DNA of 64,000 nt from the NCBI GenBank assembly GCA_951406725.2, contig OX597817.1, positions 68,324,001 through 68,388,000 on the forward strand, given 5' to 3'. How positions within the stretch are numbered: position 1 is the first letter of the stretch; the number at the start of each line of letters is the position of its first letter. Source of the stretch: Octopus vulgaris. Its lineage: Eukaryota. Both the position numbers and the translations under genes were made by a program. Under the pieces are notes generated by a model. That model saw only the letters and a program-made list of their open reading frames with translations, was not told the DNA's origin and searched no databases. This document shows positions 63,845-64,000 of the stretch, in pieces.

Positions 63845-64000
63845 ACACAATTGGCCTAGACACCTACCTGAAGAACTCTGACGACTGAATGTTAAAACGT
63901 GTCTCAAAGCATGGAAACAAGAAAGACTCATACTCAGTAACAAAACAGACAAAGGAATATCTAAGTGAATTCCAAATACAGCAAATTCCAGAATTATACG
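63845..64000 (+). mobile_element. 5'-truncated Dong/R4-clade LINE fragment after (TAA)n, runs off the window
   Basis: TIGLDTYLKNSDD*MLKRVSKHGNKK..YSVTKQTKEYL resembles the post-RT region of R4/Dong; directly follows the (ATA)n array at 63745-63840. Confidence 0.65.

Overview
AT-rich eukaryotic non-coding DNA, most likely from an octopus (inferred from the tRNA-derived SINE families, RTE/Dong/Penelope LINE content and dense microsatellites). No host gene exon is supportable; almost all ORFs in the track are microsatellite artefacts or transposon remnants. Retroelements: one RTE LINE, two RT-less Tx1/L1-clade LINEs, three Dong/R4 pieces, two Penelope GIY-YIG pieces, CR1-like 3' ends and many SINEs. 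DNA elements: Chapaev3, Tc1 (IR/DR type), several mariners, four hAT remnants, two Helitron remnants, a HINE and several foldbacks. Best signals: (1) a Tx1-clade LINE, and SINEs carrying its 3' tail, are joined at three junctions to one site (GGTATTTC) in a hairpin inside a tRNA-SINE head, suggesting a SINE-targeting retrotransposon system; (2) an HDV-like ribozyme fold at the 5' boundary of an RTE 5' UTR; (3) several hammerhead motifs, including a ~200-bp non-coding family with a minimal hammerhead and a near-canonical type I hammerhead followed by a structured module; (4) several long imperfect hairpins. All calls come from reading by eye; boundaries are approximate unless a TIR or TSD is quoted.
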